DNA of 64,000 nucleotides from an uncultured Bacteroidales bacterium (GCA_963739685.1 CAVUAX010000006.1:73670-137669); one strand, 5' to 3'. Numbered from the stretch's first letter, positions 18,822 to 30,325 are shown. Notes: generated from the letters alone by a model not told the origin. Program-made: numbers and translations.

Positions 18822-20474
18822 TTATTTACTCTTGAGGATCAGGTTTGCAAGGCTCTCACGCGCTTGTTCGTATGCTTCCCTTTCATGGCTCCAGTTCTGG
18901 AATGAAGTTGCAATACCGTCAACGATCTTCTTAACCTCCTCAGCCTTGCCGAGACTTTTTGCCAGAGCCATATACTCATAGTCTTCGACTGATTCACGAT
19001 AAAGCTTCAATCTTATTGAGGGTACAAATCCTTTTACGCCTGCAGGTTGACCGGGATAGAGCAGCATGCCCTCTCCCCAGTAATTTTTACGGAAGTAAGG
19101 CGCTTCCCATACTCCCTGCAATGAACCATAGCCATTCCAGAAACTGCTGGACCAGTAAAGAAAACCTGTAATGTCATAGTGCCAGCTAATCCACATAGGT
19201 GCGCGAAAGTTAAGAGGATCCATATCTATCTGCCACCACGGTGTTCCATCAGGTCCCTGACATAGTGCTGTATAGCTCCATAATTCTTCACCCAATGCCA
19301 GTCTTTCCCTGGCAGTTGAATCATTCCATAAGCCCCATAAAGGGCACCAGATGGTTACTGCACCATAAAGGTTGCCCCATGCTTTATTGCTTGTAATTGT
19401 CTGCTCGGTGCACAACCTTCCGATCTCCGGATTGGCCGATTTGATCATTGCTCCCTGTTTCCGGACGATCTCATATTCTTTGATATCGTTAGGTTCGTCT
19501 TCCATATAAACATAGGACATGTCAAGATATCCCAGTTTCTTAAGCCATTCTGCAGTTGCTGCCAGATAGGCTTTACATTTTCTGGTGTCATCCTTATAAC
19601 GGAAAGGTATATCCAGAGCATTAAAGTGTTCTTTGTTCACCAGCAACCGCATTGTGTCGGCTTCACCATGGTCAATTATTCCTTCCTTTTCGTTCCAGTC
19701 GGGCCAGGCAAAATCCGGTGTAGCGGGTACTGCCCGGTTCTTAAGTAACTCGAGGTCATACATTGATTCCATCTCCCTAAACTCTTTGCTGTCAACCTCC
19801 ATCCCCATCATTTTCGCTGCTTCACCATTCAGACTTCCAAAGTGAGATAGCATTGAAATCTTTGAGGGTAGTTCGAATCCCCAAACTTCAATAGCTACAG
19901 GGATGTCCGTAAGTTTTCTTTTCCCTGTCACCACAGTTACTTTCCCCTGATATAACCCTGGTTTTGTTCCAGGTGGCACAAAAAGGTCACACCAGACTTC
20001 CGCATTCTGGGCTGTATCAACATCGAAAGGCGCAGCGTTATAGATTACCTTCTCTGGCGCTGTACCGGACTGAGGAAAGGCAAAAGGTATAAGTGCATCG
20101 GGATACCAGCCTGCAGGATTTTTGGTACGGCTGCTGGGTTTGGTAATGTTGAGGTAGTTAGCCCTGTAGAGCCTGAGGTTTTCTGCAGGTATCTCACCAT
20201 CATTGCTTTTAAGGCTGCCGGCAATTACATTTACATCTTTAAGTAAATTTTCCCCGGAATTGTGGACAATAAGCCTGAATGGTTCATACTCATTGGCTGC
20301 GGCTTTTAGATTAACACTTTTCAGTTCTCCCGGAAGAGTATTGCGCATCACTCTCTGCCATGGGGTTGCAATCCAAACCGTAGCTTTTTCGCGGGTGCAG
20401 GCCAATAATATTATTGTTAGTACACACCACAGAATAACTGATTTCTTTATGAATGCCGGCTTAATTTTTTTCAT
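18822..20474 (-). CDS. DUF4091 / GH123-like glycoside hydrolase lipoprotein
   Basis: Lipobox LLAC; AAANEYE, WYPDALIP, DEP acidic pair, GFLYW, GEGMLLYPG, PSIRLK..RE..EDYEY. Confidence 0.75.
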   Translation of the reverse strand: MKKIKPAFIKKSVILWCVLTIILLACTREKATVWIATPWQRVMRNTLPGELKSVNLKAAANEYEPFRLIVHNSGENLLKDVNVIAGSLKSNDGEIPAENLRLYRANYLNITKPSSRTKNPAGWYPDALIPFAFPQSGTAPEKVIYNAAPFDVDTAQNAEVWCDLFVPPGTKPGLYQGKVTVVTGKRKLTDIPVAIEVWGFELPSKISMLSHFGSLNGEAAKMMGMEVDSKEFREMESMYDLELLKNRAVPATPDFAWPDWNEKEGIIDHGEADTMRLLVNKEHFNALDIPFRYKDDTRKCKAYLAATAEWLKKLGYLDMSYVYMEDEPNDIKEYEIVRKQGAMIKSANPEIGRLCTEQTITSNKAWGNLYGAVTIWCPLWGLWNDSTARERLALGEELWSYTALCQGPDGTPWWQIDMDPLNFRAPMWISWHYDITGFLYWSSSFWNGYGSLQGVWEAPYFRKNYWGEGMLLYPGQPAGVKGFVPSIRLKLYRESVEDYEYMALAKSLGKAEEVKKIVDGIATSFQNWSHEREAYEQARESLANLILKSK

Positions 20475-20774
20475 GTTTCTCGATTTTTATATGATCTGTA
20501 TTATTGAATGACACAGTTTCAATGTTGATTAAATTATATCATAAGTATTTCCAGTAAAAATGGCACCTTCGTAATTATCGTAATCCTGTATTGTAAAAAT
20601 CAATTGGACCATTAAAATTAAGTCATATATTTTTAATTGAGAAATTAAATGGTATTTAATGAATTTAAAGCTTAGCATTCATATTCTTTTTAATTCTATA
20701 CCCGGGTATTAATCGAAAGTTACCTGGCACTTTAAGTTGCTCTGTACCCTTGAATTCTTGAGATAAATAAGTAT

Positions 20775-20803
20775 AAAAAAACCAGTATCCAAGTGATACT
20801 GGT
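20775..20803 (-). terminator. Intrinsic terminator downstream of the peroxiredoxin gene
   Basis: Perfect 9-bp stem ACCAGTATC/GATACTGGT (20781-20803), followed on the minus strand by a T-run. Confidence 0.75.
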
Positions 20804-20860
20804 CCTCATATTCAGGGTCCCTGAAGGGTCAAATTCGCATTAAACAAATATCGGCATGAA

Positions 20861-21568
20861 TTAGTCCGGTTTTCTGAATGTCATAAACCATGCAACTTCA
20901 GAAGTGACCTTTTTTTCTTTTTCTGTTACAGGTTTCAGGGGAACGAGTACGTCATTGCCTTTCTGCCAGTTGGCCGGAGTCATGACATGACTTGTCCGTG
21001 CAGTTTGGAGGGCGGCAATCGTGCGTAATAATTCATCGATGTTGCGTCCGATATTCATGGGATAGAAAAATATTGCCTGGATAACATCATCGGGATCAAT
21101 TATGAATACCCCTCTTACATCTTTTGTACTGTTCGTTAAAGGCTGTATCATACCATACTGGCGCGATACCACCAGGTTATCGTCATCAATAATTGGAAAC
21201 TTTATTTTGACAGGTCCCCTTCCCTTATAGTTAATTTCTTCCATTGCTTTCTTCCATTGAAGATGCATTTCCAGGGGATCTGTAGATATTACCGCAAGAG
21301 CCACATTCAGTTTATCGAACTGATTCTGGGCATGTGCGAGTTCAATAAGCTCCGTAGAGCAAACAGGAGTAAAATCCTGCGGATGACTGAACAGGATCTT
21401 CCATTTCCGGCCAAAATCAACAGGAAAATTAATTGTCCCGTTTGTTGATGAAGCGGTAAATACAGGAGTAACTTCCCCGATAAGGGGAACTACAATTGGT
21501 CTGTCTTTTTGAGACCACAACATATTAAAAGACAAGGCTAAAGCAATAAGTAAAATGGTTTTTTTCAT
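20861..21568 (-). CDS. Peroxiredoxin (Prx6 / 1-Cys type) with N-terminal signal peptide
   Basis: Likely start MKKTILLIALALSF at 21568; FSHPQDFTPVCSTE, VRGVFIIDP, YPMNIGRN, TPANW. Confidence 0.85.
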   Translation of the reverse strand: MKKTILLIALALSFNMLWSQKDRPIVVPLIGEVTPVFTASSTNGTINFPVDFGRKWKILFSHPQDFTPVCSTELIELAHAQNQFDKLNVALAVISTDPLEMHLQWKKAMEEINYKGRGPVKIKFPIIDDDNLVVSRQYGMIQPLTNSTKDVRGVFIIDPDDVIQAIFFYPMNIGRNIDELLRTIAALQTARTSHVMTPANWQKGNDVLVPLKPVTEKEKKVTSEVAWFMTFRKPD

Positions 21569-21739
21569 AATTCTCTGTTTAAATTCAAAGCAAAACATAA
21601 TAGTGAGTTAGTTTGTTCAATTGTAAACGGTAAAATATGGTTTAAACATTTCAGAATTTTTATAACTTGATTTATCTTTACACTACATTACCTTAGATTA
21701 TATTTTTATTTTGTCAGTTATCAGAAATCTGATTTAGGA

Positions 21740-22612
21740 ATGAAGAAAATATTTATCCCGGCATTGATCATTTTTAATAGCCTATTCCATGTTGCAGGGC
21801 AGGTTATCAGATTTGAATCGGCAGATGATTTTGTACTTAAGTGTGGTTTTGCCAGCATTATTCCTCATCGGAATGTTGGCCACGGGTTTTCCAAATGGTA
21901 TGATTTCATGCCGCAATGGAACGCAATCTATGCTGAAATGATCGCAAAATTCGATTCTGACCAGTCACTGGTTAATAAGGATGCCCCGAATAAAAAGATA
22001 CCGACTATAATAACTCTCGGGAAGAGCGGAGTTAAAAGTAATGTCATTGCTGTCATGTTCTCAGGTGACGGAGGTTGGTACGGACTTGAACAATCGATTG
22101 CCAACCATTTGGCTAATTCCGGGATCTCAACAATAGGAATAGATACCAGAAAGTATTTCTGGAACAGAAAAACTCCTGAAATAACTGCCTCTGATGTGGA
22201 GAGTCTCCTTAATTATTATGGAAAAGAATGGAACAGATCACAGTTCATGTTTATCGGATATTCACAGGGAGCTGAGATTATCCCATTTGTTATAAACCGC
22301 CTTCCGGAGGTATTAAAATCCAAAGTTATTTCAAGTGTAATGCTTTCTCCTGAAGAGACCACTGATTTTGAAGTACATATTAGTAATATGCTGGGATTGG
22401 GAAACAAACAAAACACCTATGATGTTATTGCGGAAATTTCCCGGATAAAAAAGATTCGTCAGATTTGTATTTTTGGTGAGAAGGAGGACACTAAGGTTCC
22501 CGGATTACTTAAAGGCAAACATGTTGAGGAGGTATTTATTCCTGGTGACCATCATTATAAGAGTAATTCAACTTTAATTGTTCAGGAGATGAAAAACAAA
22601 CAGGCATTTTGA
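21740..22612 (+). CDS. AcvB/VirJ-family alpha/beta hydrolase (aminoacyl-phospholipid hydrolase)
   Basis: SGDGGW, YFW..KTPE, GYSQGA nucleophile, PGDHHY; adjacent to mprF. Confidence 0.85.
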   Translation: MKKIFIPALIIFNSLFHVAGQVIRFESADDFVLKCGFASIIPHRNVGHGFSKWYDFMPQWNAIYAEMIAKFDSDQSLVNKDAPNKKIPTIITLGKSGVKSNVIAVMFSGDGGWYGLEQSIANHLANSGISTIGIDTRKYFWNRKTPEITASDVESLLNYYGKEWNRSQFMFIGYSQGAEIIPFVINRLPEVLKSKVISSVMLSPEETTDFEVHISNMLGLGNKQNTYDVIAEISRIKKIRQICIFGEKEDTKVPGLLKGKHVEEVFIPGDHHYKSNSTLIVQEMKNKQAF

Positions 22613-22699
22613 ATATCTGGTTTATTGGCATGAAGATATCCTGGATTCGCTTTTCGAATTTTTTGAATAAAACTGACCGGTTCAACTCAAAACCTATTA

Positions 22700-25282
22700 A
22701 TGAAGAAAATAGCTACACTTTTTCGCGGTAACTCGGGCATAATAGTAAGATATTCCCTGACAGGATTGTTTATTGGTCTGGCAGTATGGTTCTTCCATCA
22801 CGAAAAAACCGAACTTCATAGCGTCAGTAAAGTAATATTTGAGGCAAGGCCCGCCTGGATAACTGCAGGGCTCGGACTGGTTATAATATATATCCTGCTT
22901 CAGGGATTTATGTATGTGGCTTCATTTGCATCGGTAAATGCAAAGGTTACTCTCTGGGATGCGGTAATTCTTTTTCTCAGGAGAAACTTTATAAGCGTTT
23001 TTATACCTGCCGGCGGAATTTCGTCTTTGGCATTCTTCAGCAAGGCAATAGAAAAAAAAGGGGTATCCAGATCTCAGATCTATTTTGCCTCATCCATTTA
23101 TGCATTTGTCGGAATCCTTTCAGTAATTGTGGTTGCGTTTCCCGCATTTCTTTTTGCCGTTTCACATGATAAAAGCGGAATGGCCAAATGGTATGCACTT
23201 TCCGGAGCAATACTTATTCTGGCATTGTTTTATTTCATTTATAAATCTCTTATGAGCAAAAAGTCACTATACAAATGGCTCATAAAGATTTATCCCGCTG
23301 CAGCTGTATTAATCGATGAAATAAGCACTAATGAGATAATAGTAAAACATTTTTATTTTACCGTACTGGTTTCAGTTTTAATTGAATTTGCGGGAATAGC
23401 TCATGTTTACATCTCAATGGCCGCTTTGAACATTACTCCTTCTTTATCCACTGCAATAATTGCATATATTATTGTGGTACTTTTTCTTATTGTTTCTCCT
23501 TTTTTGAGAGGGCTCGGAGCTATAGAAGTTTCGATGTCATATATTTTATTCAGTTCAGGTTACAGCAATGTTGAATCAATTGCTATTACATTGTTATTCA
23601 GGTTCTTCGAGTTCTGGTTACCACTTTTTACAGGATTAGTAAGCTTTTTACTAAAAATAGAAAGGCTTCTGATGAGGGTACTGCCATCATTTCTGATCTT
23701 TGCTCTGGGTATAGTAAATATTGTGTCAGTACTTTCCCCTGATAATCCGGTGAATCTTAGACTATTGCGGGCTTATCTGTTTTTTGATGTTGTAAATTTT
23801 TCTAACAGCTTCGTTCTGATAACCGGCTTATTTCTCCTTGTAACTGCCGCTTTTATGTTAAGAGGGCTCAAAGTGGCATGGTGGATCGCAATAATTCTGA
23901 GTCTGTTTTCGGCTGTTGGCCATATTACAAAAGGTATAAATTATACCGAATCAGGTATCGCTTTGTTTGTCTTTTTCGCTTTAATTACCACAAAGAAAGA
24001 ATACTATGTAAAAACAAACCCACGGATCCGGACAATTGGTATTCAGACAGCTTTATTAAGTATCCTGGCCGTGCTTGTTTACGGGATTGTGGGATTTTAT
24101 TTCTTTGACAAAAAACATTTTCAGATAGATTTCAGTATCCTTCAGTCAGTAAAATACACTCTTCTTGACTTTTTTCTGGTAGGAAGTGAAGATCTTGTGC
24201 CACGCGATTCATTTGCATCTGATTTTCTTTATACCATTAGCATAGGTGGTGTTGCTACGGTGTCCTTTCTCATATATTCATTGATCCGGCCATATTTTTT
24301 CAGGAGTTCTCCCACTGAGGAAGAAAAGAAAACTGCGGAAAAGCTTGTAAGCCTATATGGGAAATCATCGCTCGATTATTTCAAGTTATATTCTGACAAA
24401 CAGTTTTTTTTGCTTACAGGAATAAATTCATTTATCTCTTACAGGGTGAGCGGTAATTTTGCTGTTGTGCTTGAAGATCCTGTTGCACCCGGGAGGGAGG
24501 AGATGAAAAAATGTATCATCGAATTCCGTAAATTCTGTTATGATAACGGATTAAAGGAGCTTTATTACCGTGTACCCAAAGAGAGTCTTGAAATTTACAG
24601 TGAGGTATCAAAAAAGAGCCTTTTTCTTGGGCAGGAGGGGGTTGTTAATCTTTCCGATTTTACTCTTGAAGGTGGGGAAAGAAAGTCGATAAGGAATGCC
24701 CTTAACAAAATTTCAGAACATGGATATGTTACGCATATTTATAACCCGCCTCTTAAAGATGGACTGATTCAAAAACTTAAATCAGTCAGTGATGAATGGC
24801 TGAGAATTTCCGAGAGAGAAGAAATAATGTTCTCCCAGGGAATCTTTCTCGAAAAAGAGATTAAACATCAAACTGTAGTAACAGTGGAAAACGTAGAAGA
24901 GAAAATTATAGCGTTTATTAACATCATACCGGATTTTGTCAAGAACGAAGGTACCTATGATCTTCTTCGTAAATCAGCTGATGCACCTAACGGTATTATG
25001 GATTATATTCTTGTTGAACTTTTTAAATATTTCAGATCCCGTGGGATCCAATATGTAAACCTTGGGTTTGCACCTATGTCAGGGCTTGATGATCCCCATA
25101 ATTTCCCCGAAAGATCAATGAAGTTTGCTTATGAAAAAATCAGGTCATTCTCTCATTTCAGAGGTCAGAGGGATTATAAGGAAAAGTTTCATCCGGTCTG
25201 GTCAGACAGGTACCTGATATATGATAATGATTATGACCTGATAAGTGTGCCCGGGGTTCTTTCCAGAGTTATAAAACCTTGA
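22700..25282 (+). CDS. mprF: Aminoacyl(lysyl)-phosphatidylglycerol synthase/flippase, MprF/LpiA family
   Basis: Multi-TM flippase region (GLGAIE, LLFRFFEFWLP) plus synthase domain (SLDYF..DK, GQEG, YDLLR...APNGIMD, NLGFAPMSG, YKEKFHPVW..RYL). Confidence 0.88.
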   Translation: MKKIATLFRGNSGIIVRYSLTGLFIGLAVWFFHHEKTELHSVSKVIFEARPAWITAGLGLVIIYILLQGFMYVASFASVNAKVTLWDAVILFLRRNFISVFIPAGGISSLAFFSKAIEKKGVSRSQIYFASSIYAFVGILSVIVVAFPAFLFAVSHDKSGMAKWYALSGAILILALFYFIYKSLMSKKSLYKWLIKIYPAAAVLIDEISTNEIIVKHFYFTVLVSVLIEFAGIAHVYISMAALNITPSLSTAIIAYIIVVLFLIVSPFLRGLGAIEVSMSYILFSSGYSNVESIAITLLFRFFEFWLPLFTGLVSFLLKIERLLMRVLPSFLIFALGIVNIVSVLSPDNPVNLRLLRAYLFFDVVNFSNSFVLITGLFLLVTAAFMLRGLKVAWWIAIILSLFSAVGHITKGINYTESGIALFVFFALITTKKEYYVKTNPRIRTIGIQTALLSILAVLVYGIVGFYFFDKKHFQIDFSILQSVKYTLLDFFLVGSEDLVPRDSFASDFLYTISIGGVATVSFLIYSLIRPYFFRSSPTEEEKKTAEKLVSLYGKSSLDYFKLYSDKQFFLLTGINSFISYRVSGNFAVVLEDPVAPGREEMKKCIIEFRKFCYDNGLKELYYRVPKESLEIYSEVSKKSLFLGQEGVVNLSDFTLEGGERKSIRNALNKISEHGYVTHIYNPPLKDGLIQKLKSVSDEWLRISEREEIMFSQGIFLEKEIKHQTVVTVENVEEKIIAFINIIPDFVKNEGTYDLLRKSADAPNGIMDYILVELFKYFRSRGIQYVNLGFAPMSGLDDPHNFPERSMKFAYEKIRSFSHFRGQRDYKEKFHPVWSDRYLIYDNDYDLISVPGVLSRVIKP

Positions 25283-25554
25283 CCGGTTTACTATTCTGAT
25301 TCTTACTCTTGTTATATAAATTACCTGACAGGAAAAAATTACTTACGGGTTCCTCTTTACTGATTTCGGCTTAAGAGGATCCATTGGCACAAAATAAAAA
25401 ATTTTCAATATAAGTGACTATTATTATGATGCTGTATTTATAATATAAAGAAAATGTGATGATTATTACTTTAGTCTGGTCATGGGTCCATGAATTTTAT
25501 ACAAGTAAAATGCTTATTATCATCATTTAGCTATATTTTAAACACAATTTCTAT

Positions 25555-25562
25555 TAATTTTG
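25555..25562 (+). promoter_or_regulatory. Bacteroidota sigma-A -7 element upstream of proB
   Basis: TAATTTTG matches TAnnTTTG, about 40 nt before the TTG start. Confidence 0.5.
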
Positions 25563-25600
25563 CGGCGATTTAATTTTTATGCCGCCATTAAAAGTAAAAA

Positions 25601-26701
25601 TTGAAAAACAACAGGCCAATATTCAAAAGGATAGCCATCAAAATTGGCAGTAATGTGATAGCCGATGGTGATGGTTCACTTAACTCAGGGAGGATCTTAA
25701 GGATTGTGGAGGAGGTTGCGATTCTTTATAAAAGGGGAATTGAAGTGATCCTTATCTCATCTGGAGCTGTTGCTGCAGGGCGAAGTGAGGTATCTCTTTC
25801 AAAAAGAACCAATATTGTTGCAGCCAAACAGGTGTGGGCAGCTATTGGTCAGATAAAGCTGATGTCAAGTTTTCAGTTCCTGTTCAGTAAATATCTTATA
25901 CAGGCAGGACAGGTGCTGACAACAAAAGAGAGTTTTATGGACCGGAGACACTATCTGAATATGAAAAACTGTATTTCGGCAATGCTTGAAAACCATGTTC
26001 TGCCTGTTGTAAACGAAAACGATACAATTTCGGTCAATGAGCTGATGTTTACAGATAATGATGAGTTGTCAGGTCTGATTTCCTCTCTGATGAATTGCGA
26101 TACGCTGATCATACTCACGAATGTTGACGGGATCTATAACGGAGTGCCGGGAATACCCGGCACAGAACTTATAAAAGAATTTAAAGAGGGATCAGATGAT
26201 CCAGATAAATTTATTTCCACTTCAAAATCAGGATTTGGACGCGGAGGAATGCTAACAAAATTTTCTGTTGCCAAAAAAATTGCTGCCGAAGGCATTGATG
26301 TATTTATTGCCAATGGGAGCCGCGAATCCATTATAACCGATATTGTAAGCAAGAAAGAGGTTCCCTGCACTCGCTTCCCTGCTCATTCCGAAATGAAAAA
26401 AGGTGTCAAAAAGTGGTTGTCTCATTCAGATACATTTGCAAGAGGGAAGGTGCATATTAATAAGGGTGCCAGAGATGCTTTGCTTAATGAAAAGGCTTCA
26501 AGCCTTCTCATGATTGGGATCACAAGTATTGAGGGATTTTTTAAAAAAGGGGATATAATCAGAATCTTTGATGAGTCCGGAAATCAGATTGGCCTGGGGC
26601 GATCACAATATGATTCAAAAAAAGCCGAACAATACCTTGGACAAAAAAGCAGCAAGCCTTTGATACACTATGACTATATGGTAATTAACGCTAAAAGTTA
26701 A
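25601..26701 (+). CDS. proB: Glutamate 5-kinase
   Basis: IKIGS, SSGAVAAG, VNENDT, FTDNDELS, GRGGMLTK; C-terminal PUA domain; TTG start. Confidence 0.95.
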   Translation: MKNNRPIFKRIAIKIGSNVIADGDGSLNSGRILRIVEEVAILYKRGIEVILISSGAVAAGRSEVSLSKRTNIVAAKQVWAAIGQIKLMSSFQFLFSKYLIQAGQVLTTKESFMDRRHYLNMKNCISAMLENHVLPVVNENDTISVNELMFTDNDELSGLISSLMNCDTLIILTNVDGIYNGVPGIPGTELIKEFKEGSDDPDKFISTSKSGFGRGGMLTKFSVAKKIAAEGIDVFIANGSRESIITDIVSKKEVPCTRFPAHSEMKKGVKKWLSHSDTFARGKVHINKGARDALLNEKASSLLMIGITSIEGFFKKGDIIRIFDESGNQIGLGRSQYDSKKAEQYLGQKSSKPLIHYDYMVINAKS

Positions 26702-26786
26702 GATGGGCAGCTGTAAGAAGGCTCAGGACTCAGGCCTGTAATTGTGTGAATGGAATACGAATTAAAAGAGTAAAACATTTAAAAAG

Positions 26787-28034
26787 ATGGATTGTACTTC
26801 AATATTTAAAAATGTATTAAAAGCAAGCCGGGACATTAATTATGATGATCCAGAATCAGTTAACAAGATTCTGTTGCAGGTAGCTGAAAAAACTGAAGCC
26901 GGCATAGCTGAAATCATAAGGGAAAATGAAAAAGACCTGGCCCTGATGGATAAATCTGACCCCCGGTACGACAGGCTGAAGCTCACTCCTGAAAGGATTC
27001 ATTCTATAGCTTCGGATATCAGGAATGTTGTTAAGCTGCCGCATCCGGCCGGAAGAGTTTTAATGGAGATGACACGACCTGACGGACTGAAAATCACTAA
27101 GATATCTGTTCCATTCGGAGTTATCGGAGTTATTTATGAAGCAAGACCCAATGTTACATTGGATGTTTTCTCTTTATGTCTGAAATCGGGGAATGCATGT
27201 ATTCTTAAAGGCGGGAGTGACGCGATTAATTCAAATACGGCTTTAGTCGGCATTATAAAAGATGTTTTAATAAAATCAGGTTTCAATCCTGACACCATAG
27301 CACTTTTACCCGCCGGTCATAATGAGACAATTCAATTATTGAATGCCAGCGGGTATGTGGATCTGATTATCCCGCGGGGAAGCCAGACGTTAATTGATTT
27401 TGTCAGAAAAAATGCCACAATCCCGGTAATTGAAACCGGAGCGGGTATATGCCATACCTATTTTGATGAATCCGGTGACCGGGAAAAAGGACAACTGATA
27501 ATAAACAATGCCAAGACCCGCAGGGTAAGTGTATGCAATGCCCTTGACTGTCTGGTGGTACATAAGGGCCGTTTAAATGACCTTGGTTACCTTGTTGAAC
27601 TTTGTTCAGCATCAAATGTTGAGATTTATGCTGATGAAGAAGCTTATAAGGCACTTGAAGGAAAGTATCCGGCAAATCTTCTTAAAAGAGCAACTGAAAA
27701 GTCATTTGGCACAGAATTTCTTTCATATAAAATGGCTGTAAAGACTGTACGTTCATTTGAGGAGGCTCTTGCCCATATCGCAGAAAATAGTTCCAGACAC
27801 AGTGAAGCAATCGTATCGGAAGATGAAGACAGGCTCAGGGAATTTTGCAGGAAAGTTGATGCATCCGCAGTTTTCACAAATACTTCAACTGCTTTTACCG
27901 ATGGGGCTGAGTTTGGACTTGGAGCTGAAATAGGCATTTCGACTCAGAAATTACATGCCCGTGGGCCAATGGCTCTTGAAGCTCTTACAACTTACAAATG
28001 GATAGTTACCGGTAACGGACAGGTGAGAAAATAA
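26787..28034 (+). CDS. proA: Gamma-glutamyl phosphate reductase
   Basis: [49 protein letters not shown]. Confidence 0.96.
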   Translation: MDCTSIFKNVLKASRDINYDDPESVNKILLQVAEKTEAGIAEIIRENEKDLALMDKSDPRYDRLKLTPERIHSIASDIRNVVKLPHPAGRVLMEMTRPDGLKITKISVPFGVIGVIYEARPNVTLDVFSLCLKSGNACILKGGSDAINSNTALVGIIKDVLIKSGFNPDTIALLPAGHNETIQLLNASGYVDLIIPRGSQTLIDFVRKNATIPVIETGAGICHTYFDESGDREKGQLIINNAKTRRVSVCNALDCLVVHKGRLNDLGYLVELCSASNVEIYADEEAYKALEGKYPANLLKRATEKSFGTEFLSYKMAVKTVRSFEEALAHIAENSSRHSEAIVSEDEDRLREFCRKVDASAVFTNTSTAFTDGAEFGLGAEIGISTQKLHARGPMALEALTTYKWIVTGNGQVRK

Positions 28035-28047
28035 ATAAAGAAATAAA

Positions 28048-30315
28048 ATGGTATCAGATATTGAAATGATCAGAAATTTTTACAGGGAATTCCCTGAAAG
28101 AATTTCAGTTGTCAGGAAAGTGTTAAAACGGCCTTTGACCCTGAGTGAAAAGATCTTATATAGTCACCTTTATAAAACAATCAGTTTATCTTCATTTAAC
28201 CGCGGAGAAGATTATGTTGATTTTGCCCCCGACAGGGTGGCAATGCAGGATGCCACGGCACAGATGGCTCTGCTTCAGTTTATGATGGCAGGAAAAGATC
28301 AATCATCAGTTCCGGCTTCAGTTCATTGCGACCATCTGGTGATTGCAAGATCGGGAGCTGCTGAAGATCTGAAGAGCGCCCTTTCTTCCAACCGGGAGGT
28401 TTATGATTTTTTAAGATCAGTATCCAGTAAATACAATATTGGATTTTGGGAACCGGGTGAAGGGATCATTCATCAGATTGTCATGGAAAATTATGCTTTC
28501 CCGGGCGGAATGATCATAGGGACAGATTCCCATACTCCAACTGCAGGTGGTCTTGGGATGCTGGCAATTGGTGTCGGAGGCGCTGATGCTGTTGACGTTA
28601 TGGCGGGTATGGGCTGGGAATTGAAATTTCCAAGGATAACAGGCATAAAACTGACCGGTAAACTTAATGGATGGACCTCTGCAAAAGATGTCATTCTTAA
28701 ATTAACCGGACTCCTTACAGTTAAGGGAGGGACCGGGCACATTTTAGAATATTTCGGAGAGGGGGCTGATTCGATCTCCTGTACCGGTAAATCTACTATT
28801 TGCAACATGGGTGCTGAGACTGGAGCCACATGCTCACTTTTTGGTTTTGACACCGCAATGGCTGACTATCTTAACGCAACCGGACGCCAGGAAATAGCCG
28901 ATCTCGCAAATGGGATTAAAGATCACCTTACGGCTGATCCGGAAATTTATTCTCAGCCGGAAAAATACTTTGACCGGTTTCTGGAACTAAATCTTTCGGA
29001 ACTTGAGCCATATATCAACGGACCCTTTTCCCCTGATGTTGCCACCCCGATTTCAAAAATGAAAGAAGAATTAAGAAAACATAACTGGCCTGAGGATCTT
29101 TCGGCAGGGTTGATCGGTTCATGCACCAACTCATCATATGAAGATATTTCAAGGGCAGCTTCAGTTGTCAGGGATGCACTATCTAAAAATCTTGTACCAC
29201 ATTCAGAATTTATGTTAAATCCGGGCTCGGAACAAATAAGGAAACTTGCTGAGGAGGATGGTTATTTAAGTTTATTCAGAAAATTTAATTGTGAGATATT
29301 TGCAAATGCATGTGGTCCATGTATAGGACAATGGGATCGTAAAGGTCTGGAAAAGAACAAAGTCAATTCGGTATTACATTCATTCAACCGCAATTTTGCA
29401 AAAAGGATAGATGGTAACCCGGGCACACATGCCTTTATTGCTTCTCCGGAGATTATAACAGCTATGGTGATTGGTGGTAAGCTTACGTTCAATCCTTTAA
29501 CAGATACTTTGAAAAATTCAGATGGTGATACTGTAAAACTGGAAGAACCGGCTGGTCTGGAACTGCCTCATTCCGGTTATGGTAATACAGAACGATTATC
29601 CCATAATACAGAAAGAGCGACCGGTAAGGAAGAAATAATAATTAATCCGGATTCAGACAGGTTACAAAGTCTTAAACCTTTTGAAAAATGGGATGGGAAT
29701 GATCTTATAAACATGCCGTTGCTTATTAAAGTCAAAGGTAAATGCACGACCGATCACATATCTATGGCAGGACCCTGGTTAAAATTCAGAGGTCACCTTG
29801 AGAATATCTCCGACAACTACATGATCGGAGCGGTAAATAGTTTCAATGATCAGTCAAATAATATTTTAAATCAGCTCTCCGGAACATACGAATCTGTTCC
29901 CGCGGTTGCGAAAGCATACAAAGCCAATGGTACCGGTTCAGTCGTTATTGGTGAAGAAAATTTCGGAGAGGGTTCCTCTCGCGAGCATGCAGCAATGGAA
30001 CCGCGATACCTGGGTGTGAAAGCTATTCTGGTTAAATCTTTTGCAAGGATTCATGAAACCAATCTTAAAAAGCAGGGTATCCTGGCAGTTACATTCTCTG
30101 ATAAAGATGATTACAACAAGGTGAGGGAGGATGACAGATTAGAGTTCACTGGTTTAAAAGACTTTTCCCCCGGATGCAAGATTACCGTTGTACTGAACCA
30201 TAAGGATGGAACCCGGGAAAAAATCAATGCAAACCATTCATATAATAAAACCCAGATTGAATGGTTCAGGGCGGGAAGTGCCTTAAATCTTATCAGTAAA
30301 TTCAGCATAACTTAA
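28048..30315 (+). CDS. acnA: Aconitate hydratase (mitochondrial-type)
   Basis: [61 protein letters not shown]. Confidence 0.95.
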   Translation: MVSDIEMIRNFYREFPERISVVRKVLKRPLTLSEKILYSHLYKTISLSSFNRGEDYVDFAPDRVAMQDATAQMALLQFMMAGKDQSSVPASVHCDHLVIARSGAAEDLKSALSSNREVYDFLRSVSSKYNIGFWEPGEGIIHQIVMENYAFPGGMIIGTDSHTPTAGGLGMLAIGVGGADAVDVMAGMGWELKFPRITGIKLTGKLNGWTSAKDVILKLTGLLTVKGGTGHILEYFGEGADSISCTGKSTICNMGAETGATCSLFGFDTAMADYLNATGRQEIADLANGIKDHLTADPEIYSQPEKYFDRFLELNLSELEPYINGPFSPDVATPISKMKEELRKHNWPEDLSAGLIGSCTNSSYEDISRAASVVRDALSKNLVPHSEFMLNPGSEQIRKLAEEDGYLSLFRKFNCEIFANACGPCIGQWDRKGLEKNKVNSVLHSFNRNFAKRIDGNPGTHAFIASPEIITAMVIGGKLTFNPLTDTLKNSDGDTVKLEEPAGLELPHSGYGNTERLSHNTERATGKEEIIINPDSDRLQSLKPFEKWDGNDLINMPLLIKVKGKCTTDHISMAGPWLKFRGHLENISDNYMIGAVNSFNDQSNNILNQLSGTYESVPAVAKAYKANGTGSVVIGEENFGEGSSREHAAMEPRYLGVKAILVKSFARIHETNLKKQGILAVTFSDKDDYNKVREDDRLEFTGLKDFSPGCKITVVLNHKDGTREKINANHSYNKTQIEWFRAGSALNLISKFSIT

Positions 30316-30325
30316 TAATTATCAA

